Source of the DNA: an uncultured Gammaproteobacteria bacterium
GTDB taxonomy: Bacteria; Pseudomonadota; Gammaproteobacteria; Steroidobacterales; Steroidobacteraceae
Reading direction: 5' to 3'
Length of the DNA stretch: 64,000 nt
NCBI GenBank assembly: GCA_963819705.1
Contig: CAWFXH010000011.1
Coordinates: forward strand, 7,529 to 71,528
The position numbers and the translations under genes are program-made. How positions within the stretch are numbered: position 1 is the stretch's first letter; every line of letters starts with the position of its first letter. The notes beneath the pieces were generated by a model. It worked only from the letters and a program-made list of their open reading frames with translations. It was not told the origin of the DNA and did not search any database. This document shows, in pieces, positions 9,801 through 20,378 of this stretch.

Positions 9801-10658
9801 TCAAGTCGCGTCGGGGGTTGCTTGCTTCGTGAGCGCGAGTGCGCGCGCGTAGGCGTCGTTCCTGTGCACGCCGGTAAGGCTGGCTGCCGCGGCTGCCGCG
9901 GCCGAGGGCGGCAGGTGACGCAACAGGACCGCCAGGGTTTCGTCGAGCTGCGCGGTGGATGGCTCCGCCGGGGGCGCGCCTTCGACCAGGATCACGGCCT
10001 CGCCTCGCACCAGGTCCGGGTCGCCCTGCGCGCGCCGCGCGAGCTCGCCGAGGCTGCCGCGATAGAACGTCTCGAAGCGCTTGGTGAGTTCACGCGCGAC
10101 GCAAGCGCGCCGTGCGGCGCCACAGGCCGTGGCGAGGTCCGTGAGGCAATCGGCAATGCGGTGCGGCGCCTCGTAGATCACGAGCGTTCGCGTTTCCAAT
10201 GCGAGCTCGGCGAGGCGTCGCCTTCGCGCGGCCGCGCGAGCCGGCAGAAATCCCTCGAAGCAGAAGCGGTCGCAGGGCAAGCCGGCGGCCGAGAGCGCCG
10301 CAATCGCGGCGCTAGGACCCGGTATGGGCGTGACGACGATGCCAGCCTCGGCGGCGGCAGTGACGAGCAGGTAACCCGGATCGCTCACGAGTGGCGTGCC
10401 GGCGTCGGAAATGAGGGCGATACTCTCGCCACTGCGCAGGCGGCCGATGAGCTCGGCCACGCGGGCCCGCTCGTTGTGCTCGTGCAGCGAAATAAGCGGC
10501 CGCTCGAGACCGAGCTCCCTGAGCAGACGCCCGCTGTGCCGCGTATCCTCGGCGGCAACCGCGGAAGCAGCCGCGAGAATCTCGCGCGCTCGGGCGGTTA
10601 TGTCGCCCAGGTTGCCGATCGGCGTCGCGACGACGTAGAGCACGCCCGAGCCAGCCAC
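9801..10658 (-). CDS. rsmI: 16S rRNA (cytidine1402-2'-O)-methyltransferase
   Basis: C-terminal 285 aa of track ORF 9801..11438. GTG start at 10658 preceded by GGAGGG; product begins VAGSGVLYVVATPIGNLGDIT..., the canonical RsmI N-terminus (tetrapyrrole-methylase fold). The upstream extension is an artefact antisense to lpoA. Confidence 0.88.
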   Translation of the reverse strand: MAGSGVLYVVATPIGNLGDITARAREILAAASAVAAEDTRHSGRLLRELGLERPLISLHEHNERARVAELIGRLRSGESIALISDAGTPLVSDPGYLLVTAAAEAGIVVTPIPGPSAAIAALSAAGLPCDRFCFEGFLPARAAARRRRLAELALETRTLVIYEAPHRIADCLTDLATACGAARRACVARELTKRFETFYRGSLGELARRAQGDPDLVRGEAVILVEGAPPAEPSTAQLDETLAVLLRHLPPSAAAAAAASLTGVHRNDAYARALALTKQATPDAT

Positions 10659-10721
10659 TATAAAATGTCCCTCCCCGGCCGCACCACGCAGCCGGACGAT
10701 CCTCGCCAAGGGCCGCTGCCG

Positions 10722-12533
10722 ATGCAAGCGAAACTCCGGATCGCCAGGAATGCCGCCGCTGCCGCGCTCGCAGGGGCACTGGTCTCGGCCTGCCAGCTGG
10801 CCGGATTGCCCGCGCTCGGCGGACCCGACGCTGCCGTCGAGCGCGCTCAACGGCAGTCGCGCCAGGGCGATCACGCTGCGGCTGCGCGGAGCTACGAATC
10901 GGCCGCGCGCGGCGTTTCTGCCGGCGCCGGCAATCCGCTCTGGCTGGCGGCGGCCGGTGAGTGGCTCGCAGGGGCCGATGTCGCCGCGGCGGAGGCCGCG
11001 ATCGCAAACCTGGCGCCGCCGCTGGCCGCCGCGGATTCGCACGAGCAACGCCGGCTCGATGCGGAGATCGCGCTGATGCGCGGCGACGCGGCGCGCGCGG
11101 CCGAGATCATGCAAGGCGTTTCCGGGGACGACGCGGCCACCCTCGCCACGCGAGCCCGCGTGCAGTTCGGGAACCTCCGTGTCGCGGACGCAGTTTCGAC
11201 CCTGATCGCACGCGATGGGCTGCTCGCGAACGCAGTCGACCGGCAGGCGAACCAGCGGATGATCGTGGACGGCATCCAGGCCGCGGTGCTTCGGGGCGGC
11301 AGCGCGCAGCCGCCCAAGGGTGCGGATCCGGTGCTCGCGGGCTGGCTCGAGCTCGGGCGGATACTCGCCGACGCAAAATCCGGCGCGCTCGGCTCGCAGC
11401 GCCGGCTGCAAGCCTGGCACGAACGCTATCCGGCCCACCCGGCAAGCGACTCACTGTGGAAGGGAATCGCCGAGCACCCGACGGCGCCGGGTGAGCGACC
11501 GCATCAGGTTGCGCTGCTACTGCCCCTGTCGGGGCGGGCGGCGCCTGCGGGCAGCGCGGTTCGCGACGGATTCCTCGCGGCCTACTACGACGAGGGAAGC
11601 CCGTCGCGTCCACGCGTTCGCATCTACGACGTCTCCGAACGCGACACACCTTCCACCTACCTCCAGGCGCTCGCGGACGGCAGCGATTTCATCGTCGGCC
11701 CGCTCACTCGCGAGGAAGTCACCGACCTCGCCTCGGTGGCGGATGGCCGCGCGGTGACGCTCGCGCTCAATTTCCTGCCGGATGGCGTGCAGGTGCCCGA
11801 CCGGTTCTTTCAATACGCGCTGTCGCCCGAAGACGAGGCGCGGCTTGCGGCACGCCGCATCGTCGCCGACGGCCGCACGAGCGGAGTGACGCTGGTGCCA
11901 CAGTCCGACTGGGGCCGGCGTGTGCAAGCCGCTTTCGCGGAGGAATTTGCGGCGGCCGGCGGCCGGATCGTGGACCAGGCGGACTACCTGCCGTCAACCG
12001 CGGATTTCAACGAGCTGCTGCGCCGGCTCCTGCGCACGACCGGCCAGCGCGGCAGCGCTCCGCGCGCGGACGCCGAGTTCATCTTCGTTGCCGCGCAACC
12101 CGTGCATGGCCGGCTGATCCGGACCCAGCTGCGATTCAACTACGCGAGCGCGCTGCCCATGTACGCGACCTCGGATATCTACGACCCGGCAGGCCCGGGT
12201 AACGTGGACCTCGACGGAGTGATTTTTCCGGACATGCCCTGGGTACTCGATCCAAATGGGCCTTCGGCAGTTGCCCAGGACACCGCAGATCGCGTGTTCC
12301 CCGGTCGCGGCGGGCCGCTCGGCCGCCTCTATGCCTTCGGCTACGACGCGTTCCGCCTGGTCCGCGAGCTGCCGCGCCTGCGCGCGGGGAGCGACGTCGC
12401 GCTGCCGGGCCTGACCGGACGACTCGAGATCGACAGCCAGGGCCGGGTGCGACGCGAACTTGGCTGGGCGCAAATCGTCGGCGGGCGTCTCTTGCCATGG
12501 CCGCCGCCGCTCCTGACCGAGCCAGTCTCGTGA
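10722..12533 (+). CDS. lpoA: Penicillin-binding protein activator LpoA (LppC family lipoprotein)
   Basis: ATG at 10722 inside track ORF 9822..12533. Lipoprotein signal MQAKLRIARNAAAAALAGALVSAC, an N-terminal TPR-like region and a C-terminal periplasmic-binding-like domain. Conserved divergent rsmI/lpoA-yraN arrangement. Confidence 0.85.
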   Translation: MQAKLRIARNAAAAALAGALVSACQLAGLPALGGPDAAVERAQRQSRQGDHAAAARSYESAARGVSAGAGNPLWLAAAGEWLAGADVAAAEAAIANLAPPLAAADSHEQRRLDAEIALMRGDAARAAEIMQGVSGDDAATLATRARVQFGNLRVADAVSTLIARDGLLANAVDRQANQRMIVDGIQAAVLRGGSAQPPKGADPVLAGWLELGRILADAKSGALGSQRRLQAWHERYPAHPASDSLWKGIAEHPTAPGERPHQVALLLPLSGRAAPAGSAVRDGFLAAYYDEGSPSRPRVRIYDVSERDTPSTYLQALADGSDFIVGPLTREEVTDLASVADGRAVTLALNFLPDGVQVPDRFFQYALSPEDEARLAARRIVADGRTSGVTLVPQSDWGRRVQAAFAEEFAAAGGRIVDQADYLPSTADFNELLRRLLRTTGQRGSAPRADAEFIFVAAQPVHGRLIRTQLRFNYASALPMYATSDIYDPAGPGNVDLDGVIFPDMPWVLDPNGPSAVAQDTADRVFPGRGGPLGRLYAFGYDAFRLVRELPRLRAGSDVALPGLTGRLEIDSQGRVRRELGWAQIVGGRLLPWPPPLLTEPVS

Positions 12534-12898
12534 GCGCCGCGCCGCACCTGGCACTCGGCCGCGCGGCCGAGGCCGCGGCGGCGCGCCATCTCGAACGGCT
12601 GGACTACCGGATTATCGCGACCAATTTCCGCGCGAAAGGTGGCGAGCTCGACATCGTCGCACTGGATGGCGAAGAGCTTGCAATTGTGGAAGTCCGCTAC
12701 CGTGCCAGCGACCGTTTCGGGAGCGCCGCGGCAAGCATCACGCCTAACAAGCGCCGCCACATCATCCGCGCTGCCCGCACCCTGCTTGCCACCAACCCGC
12801 CGCTCGCCAGACTGGCGGCGCGATTCGACGTCGTCGAAGTGAGTGGCCCCGCCGATGACCTCCGCTGCCAGCTGATTCGCGGCGCATTCAGTCTCTAA
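12497..12898 (+). CDS. yraN: YraN family (UPF0102) endonuclease-like protein
   Basis: 133-aa ORF with the YraN core (GELDIVALDGEELAIVEVRYR...RFDVVEV). Follows lpoA as in E. coli. An alternative GTG start at 12530 would overlap the lpoA stop as GTGA. Confidence 0.8.
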   Translation: MAAAAPDRASLVSAAPHLALGRAAEAAAARHLERLDYRIIATNFRAKGGELDIVALDGEELAIVEVRYRASDRFGSAAASITPNKRRHIIRAARTLLATNPPLARLAARFDVVEVSGPADDLRCQLIRGAFSL

Positions 12899-12906
12899 GG
12901 CATTTG

Positions 12907-12955
12907 CCGCGCCGCGAGCGGGGTCCGGCGGGGTGTCCCCTCGCTCGCGGCGCGG
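12907..12955. terminator. GC-rich hairpin between convergent yraN and sspB (likely bidirectional terminator)
   Basis: CCGCGCCGCGAGCGGGG (12907-12923) pairs with 12939-12955 (17 bp, one G-U) around a 15-nt loop. It fills the 70-nt convergent gap. No clear U-tract. Confidence 0.6.
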
Positions 12956-12969
12956 GAAGCGTGTCGCAG

Positions 12970-13362
12970 TTACTTGATGACCCGCAGCTTCGGCCGGCTT
13001 CCTGTGTCTCCGGCGCCGCCTGCCGCCGGCGGGGGCGCTTCGCCCTCGTCCTGGAAAAGCATCCCCTGCCCCGTCTCGCGCGCGTAGATGCCGAGCACCG
13101 CGTTGACCGGCACCCGTACCTGCTGCGCGACGCCGCCGAAGCGCGCGGAGAATTCGATCCATTCGTTGCCGAGTTTGAGTCGCTGCGTTGCCTGCCAGCT
13201 CACGTTGAGTGTGATGCGTCCGTCCCGGACAAAGGCACGCGGCACTTCGGTGCTTGCGACGCCCGCATCGACGACGAGATGCGGCGTCTGGTTGTTCGCG
13301 GTCATCCATTCGTGCATCGCGCGAACCAGGTATGGACGCCTGGGTGTCGGAGCCGCGGCCAT
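12970..13362 (-). CDS. sspB: ClpXP adaptor / stringent starvation protein B
   Basis: 130-aa ORF. The N-terminus PRRPYLVRAMHEWMTANNQTPHLVVDA...ITLNVS matches the SspB substrate-binding domain. C-terminal LRVIK ClpX-binding tail. GAGAGG SD 8 nt upstream. Confidence 0.88.
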   Translation of the reverse strand: MAAAPTPRRPYLVRAMHEWMTANNQTPHLVVDAGVASTEVPRAFVRDGRITLNVSWQATQRLKLGNEWIEFSARFGGVAQQVRVPVNAVLGIYARETGQGMLFQDEGEAPPPAAGGAGDTGSRPKLRVIK

Positions 13363-13394
13363 GGGCTCAGCCTCTCATCGCGGGAGCAAAGGCG

Positions 13395-14138
13395 TCACTT
13401 CACGTCCTTCCAGTATTCCTTGTAGAGGAACCAGGTAAAGGCCGTGAACATGAGCAGGAAAAGGATCACCCAGACGCCGAGTGACTTGCGCTGTGCCTTG
13501 GCGGGCTCGGCCACGTATTCAAGGAAGGCGACCGTGTCGCGGACGAAACTGTCGAAGGAAGCCGCGGGCATGTCGCCCGGGACGCCGGGATCGAGTCCCA
13601 CGAGGTGATCCGCCTCCTTGCCGTCCGCACCGGTCTTCTTCTCGTACCGCGGTCGTTGCGATCCCTGCAGCGGCGCGAGCACGTCTGGCATTGCCGTCTG
13701 GGGCAGCACCGCGTTGTTCACGCCGGTCGGCCGCGACGGATCCTCGTAGAATGAGCGCAGAAAAGTGTACACGTAGTCGGCGCCCCGGCTGCGCACGATC
13801 AGCGAAAGGTCAGGCGGCGCGTTGCCGAACCACTGGCGGGCTTTTTCCGCGGGCATCGCGGACTCCATCGCGTCGTAGACCGTGTTGCCCGTGAACATCA
13901 GGTTGGCGCGCAGGTCGTCCTGGGTGAGCGCGAGGTCTTCGGCCAGCTGGCTGTAGCGCATGTACTTCGCGGAATGGCAGCCAAGGCAGTAGTTCACGAA
14001 ATTGCGGGCGCCGCGCTGCAGCGAGGCGAGGTTCGAGACGTCCGCATTCGCCTCCTGCAGAGGATAGCCCTCCTCCGATGCAGATGCCGCAGCAGGGATG
14101 GCGGCGAGCACCACGAGGATCGCCCGCAAGGCCTTCAA
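13395..14138 (-). CDS. petC: Cytochrome c1 subunit of the bc1 complex
   Basis: C-terminal 247 aa of track ORF 13395..15125. Signal peptide (M)KALRAILVVLAAIPAAASA, heme motif CLGCHS, C-terminal TM anchor. Start assigned to TTG at 14138, nested in the petB stop (cTTGAa). The upstream extension overlaps petB out of frame. Confidence 0.85.
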   Translation of the reverse strand: MKALRAILVVLAAIPAAASASEEGYPLQEANADVSNLASLQRGARNFVNYCLGCHSAKYMRYSQLAEDLALTQDDLRANLMFTGNTVYDAMESAMPAEKARQWFGNAPPDLSLIVRSRGADYVYTFLRSFYEDPSRPTGVNNAVLPQTAMPDVLAPLQGSQRPRYEKKTGADGKEADHLVGLDPGVPGDMPAASFDSFVRDTVAFLEYVAEPAKAQRKSLGVWVILFLLMFTAFTWFLYKEYWKDVK

Positions 14139-15394
14139 GTCGTCACCCGCGACGGCTCCGGCTTGGTCCGGTCGATGCGCGAATACCACGGCATCGCCAG
14201 GAAGAAAAGAAAGTAGATGATGGTCCCGACCACCGACATGCCCTTGAAGGGCTGCACGGCCGGCTTCAGGCCGCAATAGCCGAGCATGATGAAGTTCGCC
14301 GCGAACACCATCAGCGCGACCTTGTAAATCGGCCCGCGATAGCGGATCGACTTGACCGGTGACTTGTCGAGCCAGGGCAGGAAGAAGAGCAGCAGCACGG
14401 CCGCGAACAGGACGAGCACGCCCCAGACCTGCGTACTGGCGAACGCCGGCACCGCGCGCAGGATCGCGTAATAAGGAGTGAAGTACCAGACAGGCGCGAT
14501 GTGTGGCGGCGTCAGGAGTGGGTTCGCGGGCTCGAAATTCGGGGCTTCCAGGAAGAGCCCGCCCATCTCGGGGGCAAAGAAGACGACCCCCGCGAACAGC
14601 ACGAGGAAGACGCTGAGGCCATACAGGTCCTTGACCGTGTAGTACGGGTGCATCGGCACGCCGTCGAGCGGCTTGCCGTCGGGCCCCTTGTGCTTCTTGA
14701 TCTCGATGCCGTCCGGGTTGTTCGAGCCGACCTCGTGCAGCGCCAGGATGTGAGCGACCACGAGGAATATGAGCACCAGCGGCAGCGCCGCGACGTGCAG
14801 CGCAAAGAAGCGGTTCAGCGTGATGTCCGAGATGAAGTAGTCCCCGCGGATCCACTCGATCAGGGAGTCGCCGATCAGCGGGAAGGTACCGAACAGTGAC
14901 ACGATGACCTGAGCGCCCCAGTACGACATGTTGCCCCAGGGAAGCAGGTAGCCGAAGAAAGCCTCGGCCATCAGCCCGAGGTAGATCAGCACGCCAAATA
15001 TCCAGAGCAGCTCTCTCGGCTTGCGGTGAGAGCCATACAGCAGCGCCCGGAACATGTGCAGGTAGACGACGATGAAAAAGGCCGAGGCGCCAGTCGAGTG
15101 CATGTAGCGGATCAGCCAGCCCCACTCGACGTCGCGCATGATGTATTCGACGGAGCCGAAAGCCTCGGTAGCCGAGGGCTTGTAACTCATCGTGAGGAAA
15201 ATCCCCGTGATGATCTGGAGCGCGAGCACGAACAGCGCGATCGAGCCGAAGTAGTACCAGAAATTGAAGTTCTTCGGAGCCATGTACTCGGACATGTGCT
15301 CCTTCCAGAGTGCCGACACCGGGAATCGATCGTCGATCCAGGCGCCGAGGCGGGCAATCCTGCCGGGTGCGGCTACGACCGTCGGGCTACCCAT
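14135..15394 (-). CDS. petB: Cytochrome b subunit of the bc1 complex
   Basis: 419-aa polytopic ORF with typical cytochrome b sequence (WNFGS-like FNFWYYFGS, RYMHSTGAS, PEWYF-like APVWYFTPYY). Confidence 0.95.
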   Translation of the reverse strand: MGSPTVVAAPGRIARLGAWIDDRFPVSALWKEHMSEYMAPKNFNFWYYFGSIALFVLALQIITGIFLTMSYKPSATEAFGSVEYIMRDVEWGWLIRYMHSTGASAFFIVVYLHMFRALLYGSHRKPRELLWIFGVLIYLGLMAEAFFGYLLPWGNMSYWGAQVIVSLFGTFPLIGDSLIEWIRGDYFISDITLNRFFALHVAALPLVLIFLVVAHILALHEVGSNNPDGIEIKKHKGPDGKPLDGVPMHPYYTVKDLYGLSVFLVLFAGVVFFAPEMGGLFLEAPNFEPANPLLTPPHIAPVWYFTPYYAILRAVPAFASTQVWGVLVLFAAVLLLFFLPWLDKSPVKSIRYRGPIYKVALMVFAANFIMLGYCGLKPAVQPFKGMSVVGTIIYFLFFLAMPWYSRIDRTKPEPSRVTT

Positions 15395-15996
15395 CAGGCC
15401 CCCTTCGACGGGTCGACGCCGATCACGATGTGGTTATCGTCGGCAAAGAGGTAAGGGGGAACCTCGAGGTTGACCGGCGCCGGCACGCCGCTGAATACGC
15501 GCCCGGAGAGGTCGAATTTCGAGCCGTGGCAGGGGCAGAAGAAGCCGCCCGGCCAGTCGGCCGTCAGCACGCCGTCCGCACTGGCACCCGGGGCAAAGCG
15601 GCTCTGCGGCAGGCAGCCGAGGTGCGTGCAGACGCCAAGCAGTACCAGGTATTCCGGCTTGATCGCGCGCGCCGGATTCTTCGCGTAGTCCGGTTGTCGC
15701 GATTTCTCGGAGTCCGGGTCCGCGAGACGGTCGTCGTGCGTCCCGATACGCCCGATCATTTCCGGCGTTCGACGCACGACGAGCACCGGCTTGCCGCGCC
15801 ATTCGATCTTGAGCATCCCGCCGGGTTCGAGCTTGCTGATGTCGATCTCGACCGGGGCGCCCAGCGCCTTGGCGCGCGCACTCGGCTTCCATGAAGCGAG
15901 GAACGGTACTGCGGCAAAGGCGACGCCCACGGCGCCGGTCAACGTCGTGGCGGCGGTCAGGAGCTGGCGTCGTCCCTTGTCGATAGCTTCGCTCAT
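15394..15996 (-). CDS. petA: Ubiquinol-cytochrome c reductase Rieske iron-sulfur subunit
   Basis: 200-aa ORF with a Tat-like N-terminus (GRRQLL) and Rieske boxes CTHLGC and CPCHGS. ATGA overlap with petB. Confidence 0.95.
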   Translation of the reverse strand: MSEAIDKGRRQLLTAATTLTGAVGVAFAAVPFLASWKPSARAKALGAPVEIDISKLEPGGMLKIEWRGKPVLVVRRTPEMIGRIGTHDDRLADPDSEKSRQPDYAKNPARAIKPEYLVLLGVCTHLGCLPQSRFAPGASADGVLTADWPGGFFCPCHGSKFDLSGRVFSGVPAPVNLEVPPYLFADDNHIVIGVDPSKGA

Positions 15997-16071
15997 CGGC
16001 CGAATTTCGTTCGTTGTTGGATTGTCGCATTATACACGGCGGTACTTGGGTGATCGGAGACCGCCGCGGCG

Positions 16072-17295
16072 ATGTCGGGCATTCCGGGCTGGTTGCGATG
16101 GATTTCTCCCTGGGTCGCGCTCGGCCTTGCGGCGGCGCTCGGCTTCGTGTTGTTGCGGCCGGCGGCCATCGATACCGCGCCACCATCCGCGCCACCGTCG
16201 GCGCCGACCGCGACTGTCGATGAGAAGCAGACTGTCGCAGTCCGGTCCGATTCGGGGGTCGCGACGCCTCCTTCGCAATTCGTGAGCTACGCCGACGCCG
16301 TAGATGCGACCGCACCCGCGGTCGTCAACATCTACACGGAACGGCGCGTCGTCGTCCCGGATGTCGCGGGCCTGCCGCCCCAGTTCGCCCAGCTCTTCGG
16401 CGACGTCTGGCCTGAATACCGCGAGCGCGTCGAGCGCAGCCTCGGTTCCGGCATCATCTGGGACGTCCACGGCCACATCGTCACGAACTACCATGTGATC
16501 GAGCGCGCGGCCCAGATCCAGGTCCAGCTCAAAGATGGCCGTGTCGCCCCCGCGGCCCTCGTCGGCGTCGACCGTGACACGGACCTCGCCGTGCTGAAGA
16601 TCACCCTCGGGACCCTGCCGATCATGCCGCTCGGCCGCTCCGACCGGCTGCGGGTCGGTGAGCCGGTGCTTGCAATCGGCAACCCGCTCGGTCTCGGGCA
16701 GACCGTGACCCAGGGCATCGTCAGCGCGACCGGCCGCGGGCAGCTCGGCGTCACGACCTTCGAGAATTTCATCCAGACCGACGCCGCCATCAACTTCGGG
16801 AATTCCGGCGGCGCGCTGGTCGATGCAACCGGCAAGCTCGTTGGCGTCAACAGCGCGATCGCCGGCCGCCAGGCGGGCATCGAGGGTATCGGCTTTGCAA
16901 TCCCGGTCGACCTCGTGCGAGGCGTCGTTGATGCGGTCCTGAAGGATGGCAAGGTCGTGCGCGGCTGGATCGGGGTCGTGCCCCGGGACCTCACGCCCGA
17001 TGAGGTCGAGAATTCCGGGCTCCCGGACGGGTCGGTGCTGGTGCGCTTCGTCTACCAGCGCAGCCCGGCCGACACACAGGGCGTGGCGGGCGGCGACGTG
17101 ATCACCCAGGTGAACGGAAAGCCGCTGCGCGGCGCCCAGGACCTGCTCGCGCGGGTCGCAATGCTCAAGCCCGGTCAGCCCGTACGGCTCAGGTTGTGGC
17201 GTCGCTCGCCTTCCGAGGCGGAAGGCAGCGAGCACAACGTGCGCATCGAAGTCGCCGAGCGCCCGCAGGAAGCGGGCGCCACGCGTTCTTCCTGA
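16072..17295 (+). CDS. DegS/AlgW-type periplasmic serine endoprotease (trypsin domain + one PDZ)
   Basis: 407-aa ORF with an N-terminal TM anchor, catalytic His/Asp/Ser context (TNYHVI, DLAVLK, GNSGGALVD) and a single C-terminal PDZ domain. Confidence 0.88.
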   Translation: MSGIPGWLRWISPWVALGLAAALGFVLLRPAAIDTAPPSAPPSAPTATVDEKQTVAVRSDSGVATPPSQFVSYADAVDATAPAVVNIYTERRVVVPDVAGLPPQFAQLFGDVWPEYRERVERSLGSGIIWDVHGHIVTNYHVIERAAQIQVQLKDGRVAPAALVGVDRDTDLAVLKITLGTLPIMPLGRSDRLRVGEPVLAIGNPLGLGQTVTQGIVSATGRGQLGVTTFENFIQTDAAINFGNSGGALVDATGKLVGVNSAIAGRQAGIEGIGFAIPVDLVRGVVDAVLKDGKVVRGWIGVVPRDLTPDEVENSGLPDGSVLVRFVYQRSPADTQGVAGGDVITQVNGKPLRGAQDLLARVAMLKPGQPVRLRLWRRSPSEAEGSEHNVRIEVAERPQEAGATRSS

Positions 17296-17305
17296 CCGGC
17301 GGGTC

Positions 17306-18592
<1,287 letters not shown>

Positions 18593-18838
18593 TCAGACAG
18601 CCGCGCGCACGGCCCATTCCTCGGGCGTCGCGGTGTCCAGCGAGAGAGCGTGGATCGTGCCGCCCATCGCGGCTCCGAGCGCGCGGTAGACGAGCTGATG
18701 GCGCTGCAGCGCACGCAGCCCCGAGAATTGCGGGGCGATCACGAGCGCCTGGAAATGCACTCCGTCACCGGACGCGACGCGGACCGTCGCCCCGGGCAAT
18801 GCGGTCTCGATCTGCCGGCTGACCTCCTCTGGCGACAT
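18593..18838 (-). CDS. ibaG: BolA family protein (IbaG/YrbA-like)
   Basis: 81-aa ORF with a BolA fold signature (GDGVHFQALVIAPQFSG...RHQLVYRAL). Lies directly upstream of murA, as for E. coli ibaG. Confidence 0.8.
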   Translation of the reverse strand: MSPEEVSRQIETALPGATVRVASGDGVHFQALVIAPQFSGLRALQRHQLVYRALGAAMGGTIHALSLDTATPEEWAVRAAV

Positions 18839-18909
18839 GGCGGCATTCTAATTGGTGCCGGAGGGCCGGTGTATGATGCCGGACCGCACCGAAATGCCGC
18901 GCACGACCG

Positions 18910-19893
18910 ATGAATGACGCCGCCGACAACAAGCGCCTGATCGAGGCGGGGCGCGAAGCGCTCCGGATCGAGGCCCGCGCCGTCGGTGCCCTCGTCGACC
19001 GCCTGGGCGGGGACTTCGAGCGGGCCTGCCGAATGCTCCTGGACTGCGCCGGCCGCGTCGTCGTCTCGGGCATGGGCAAGTCCGGCCATGTCGGCGGCAA
19101 GATCGCCGCCACGCTTGCAAGCACCGGTACGCCCGCCTTCTTCCTGCATCCGGCCGAGGCGAGTCACGGAGATCTCGGAATGGTCGCCAAGGGCGACGTC
19201 GTGCTCGCGATCTCCTACTCTGGCGAGACGGTGGAACTTGTCACGATCCTGCCCCTCTTCAGGCGCATGGGCGCGCCGCTCATCGCGATGACCGGAAACC
19301 CGCAATCGACGCTCGCGCGCGAGGCCGACGTACACCTGGACATCAGCGTGCCGGCCGAGGCCTGCCCGCTCAATCTCGCGCCGACGGCCAGCACGACCGC
19401 GACGCTCGCGATGGGGGACGCGCTCTCCGTCGCGCTGCTCAAGCACCGCGGGTTCACCGAAGCCGATTTTGCACGCTCGCACCCGGGTGGCGCGCTGGGG
19501 CGACGGCTGCTGCTGCACGTTTCGGACGTCATGCGGCGAGGAGACGACTTGCCAGTGGTGCGCCCCGACACGCCGTTGCCCGAGGGGCTGCTTGAAATGT
19601 CGCGCAAGCGGCTCGGCCTTACGGCTGTCGTGGACGCAGACCAGCGAGTGGTCGGCATCTTCACCGACGGCGACTTGCGGCGCGCGCTGGACCGACGAAT
19701 CGACATCCACAAGACCACGATGGCGGACGTGATGACGCGCGGTTGCCGCTCGATTGCCCCGAACGAGCTCGCGGCGGAAGCCGTGCTGATGATGGAGAAG
19801 CACTCGATCAACGGCCTGCTGGTGCTCGACGAATCGGGCCGGCTGGCGGGCGCGTTGAACGTACACGACTTGCTCCGTGCGGGAGTGATGTGA
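18910..19893 (+). CDS. kdsD: Arabinose-5-phosphate isomerase (SIS + tandem CBS)
   Basis: 327-aa ORF with the SIS motif GMGKSGHVGGKIAATLASTGTPAFFLHPAEASHGDLG and two CBS domains. Heads the kdsD-kdsC-lptCAB block. Confidence 0.92.
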   Translation: MNDAADNKRLIEAGREALRIEARAVGALVDRLGGDFERACRMLLDCAGRVVVSGMGKSGHVGGKIAATLASTGTPAFFLHPAEASHGDLGMVAKGDVVLAISYSGETVELVTILPLFRRMGAPLIAMTGNPQSTLAREADVHLDISVPAEACPLNLAPTASTTATLAMGDALSVALLKHRGFTEADFARSHPGGALGRRLLLHVSDVMRRGDDLPVVRPDTPLPEGLLEMSRKRLGLTAVVDADQRVVGIFTDGDLRRALDRRIDIHKTTMADVMTRGCRSIAPNELAAEAVLMMEKHSINGLLVLDESGRLAGALNVHDLLRAGVM

Positions 19894-20378
19894 CGCCGGC
19901 TGCGGACATCGCGCTGGTCGTGCTCGACGTCGACGGCGTGCTGACCGACGGGCGCCTGTGGTTCGGGCCGGACGGCGAGAGCCTCAAGGCATTCGACGTG
20001 CGGGACGGCCACGGCATCAAGATGCTGGTTGCGGCCGGCGTCGGCATCGCCGTGATCTCCGGACGCCGTTCTGCCGCCGTGACGGCGCGCATGCGCGAGC
20101 TCGGCGTCAGCGACGTCGCACAGGGCGTCAGCGACAAGGCGCGCGCGCTCGCCGAGCTCCTGAAGCGCAACGCCATCGATTCGCGTCGCGTCGCCTGCCT
20201 CGTCGACGACACGCCCGATCTCGGGCTCATGCGAGCGGTTGGGCTGCCGGCGGCCGTAGCGGACGCGCACCCGGACGTGCTGGCTGCGGCAAGCCACGTG
20301 ACCCGCGCCGCCGGTGGACGCGGCGCCGTTCGCGAATTCTGCGACTGGCTGCTCGCGGCAAAGGACGCCCGGCAATGA
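19890..20378 (+). CDS. kdsC: 3-deoxy-D-manno-octulosonate 8-phosphate phosphatase (HAD)
   Basis: In-frame GTG at 19890 overlaps the kdsD stop. HAD motif LVVLDVDGVLTDGRL and GDDxxD-like VDDTPDL. The upstream part of track ORF 19743..20378 overlaps kdsD. Confidence 0.85.
   Translation: MTPAADIALVVLDVDGVLTDGRLWFGPDGESLKAFDVRDGHGIKMLVAAGVGIAVISGRRSAAVTARMRELGVSDVAQGVSDKARALAELLKRNAIDSRRVACLVDDTPDLGLMRAVGLPAAVADAHPDVLAAASHVTRAAGGRGAVREFCDWLLAAKDARQ

Noticed and set aside
9175-9852. 225-aa and 157-aa plus-strand ORFs across 9.2-9.85 kb
   Set aside because: The region is occupied by RNase P RNA on the opposite strand, with its conserved P4 and other helices readable. The ORFs are chance open frames across an RNA gene and its flanks.
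16029-16034. Perfect TATAAT on the minus strand ~35 nt upstream of petA
   Set aside because: There is no acceptable -35 or extended -10 at 16-18 nt spacing. It may be the petABC promoter, but the support is a single hexamer.
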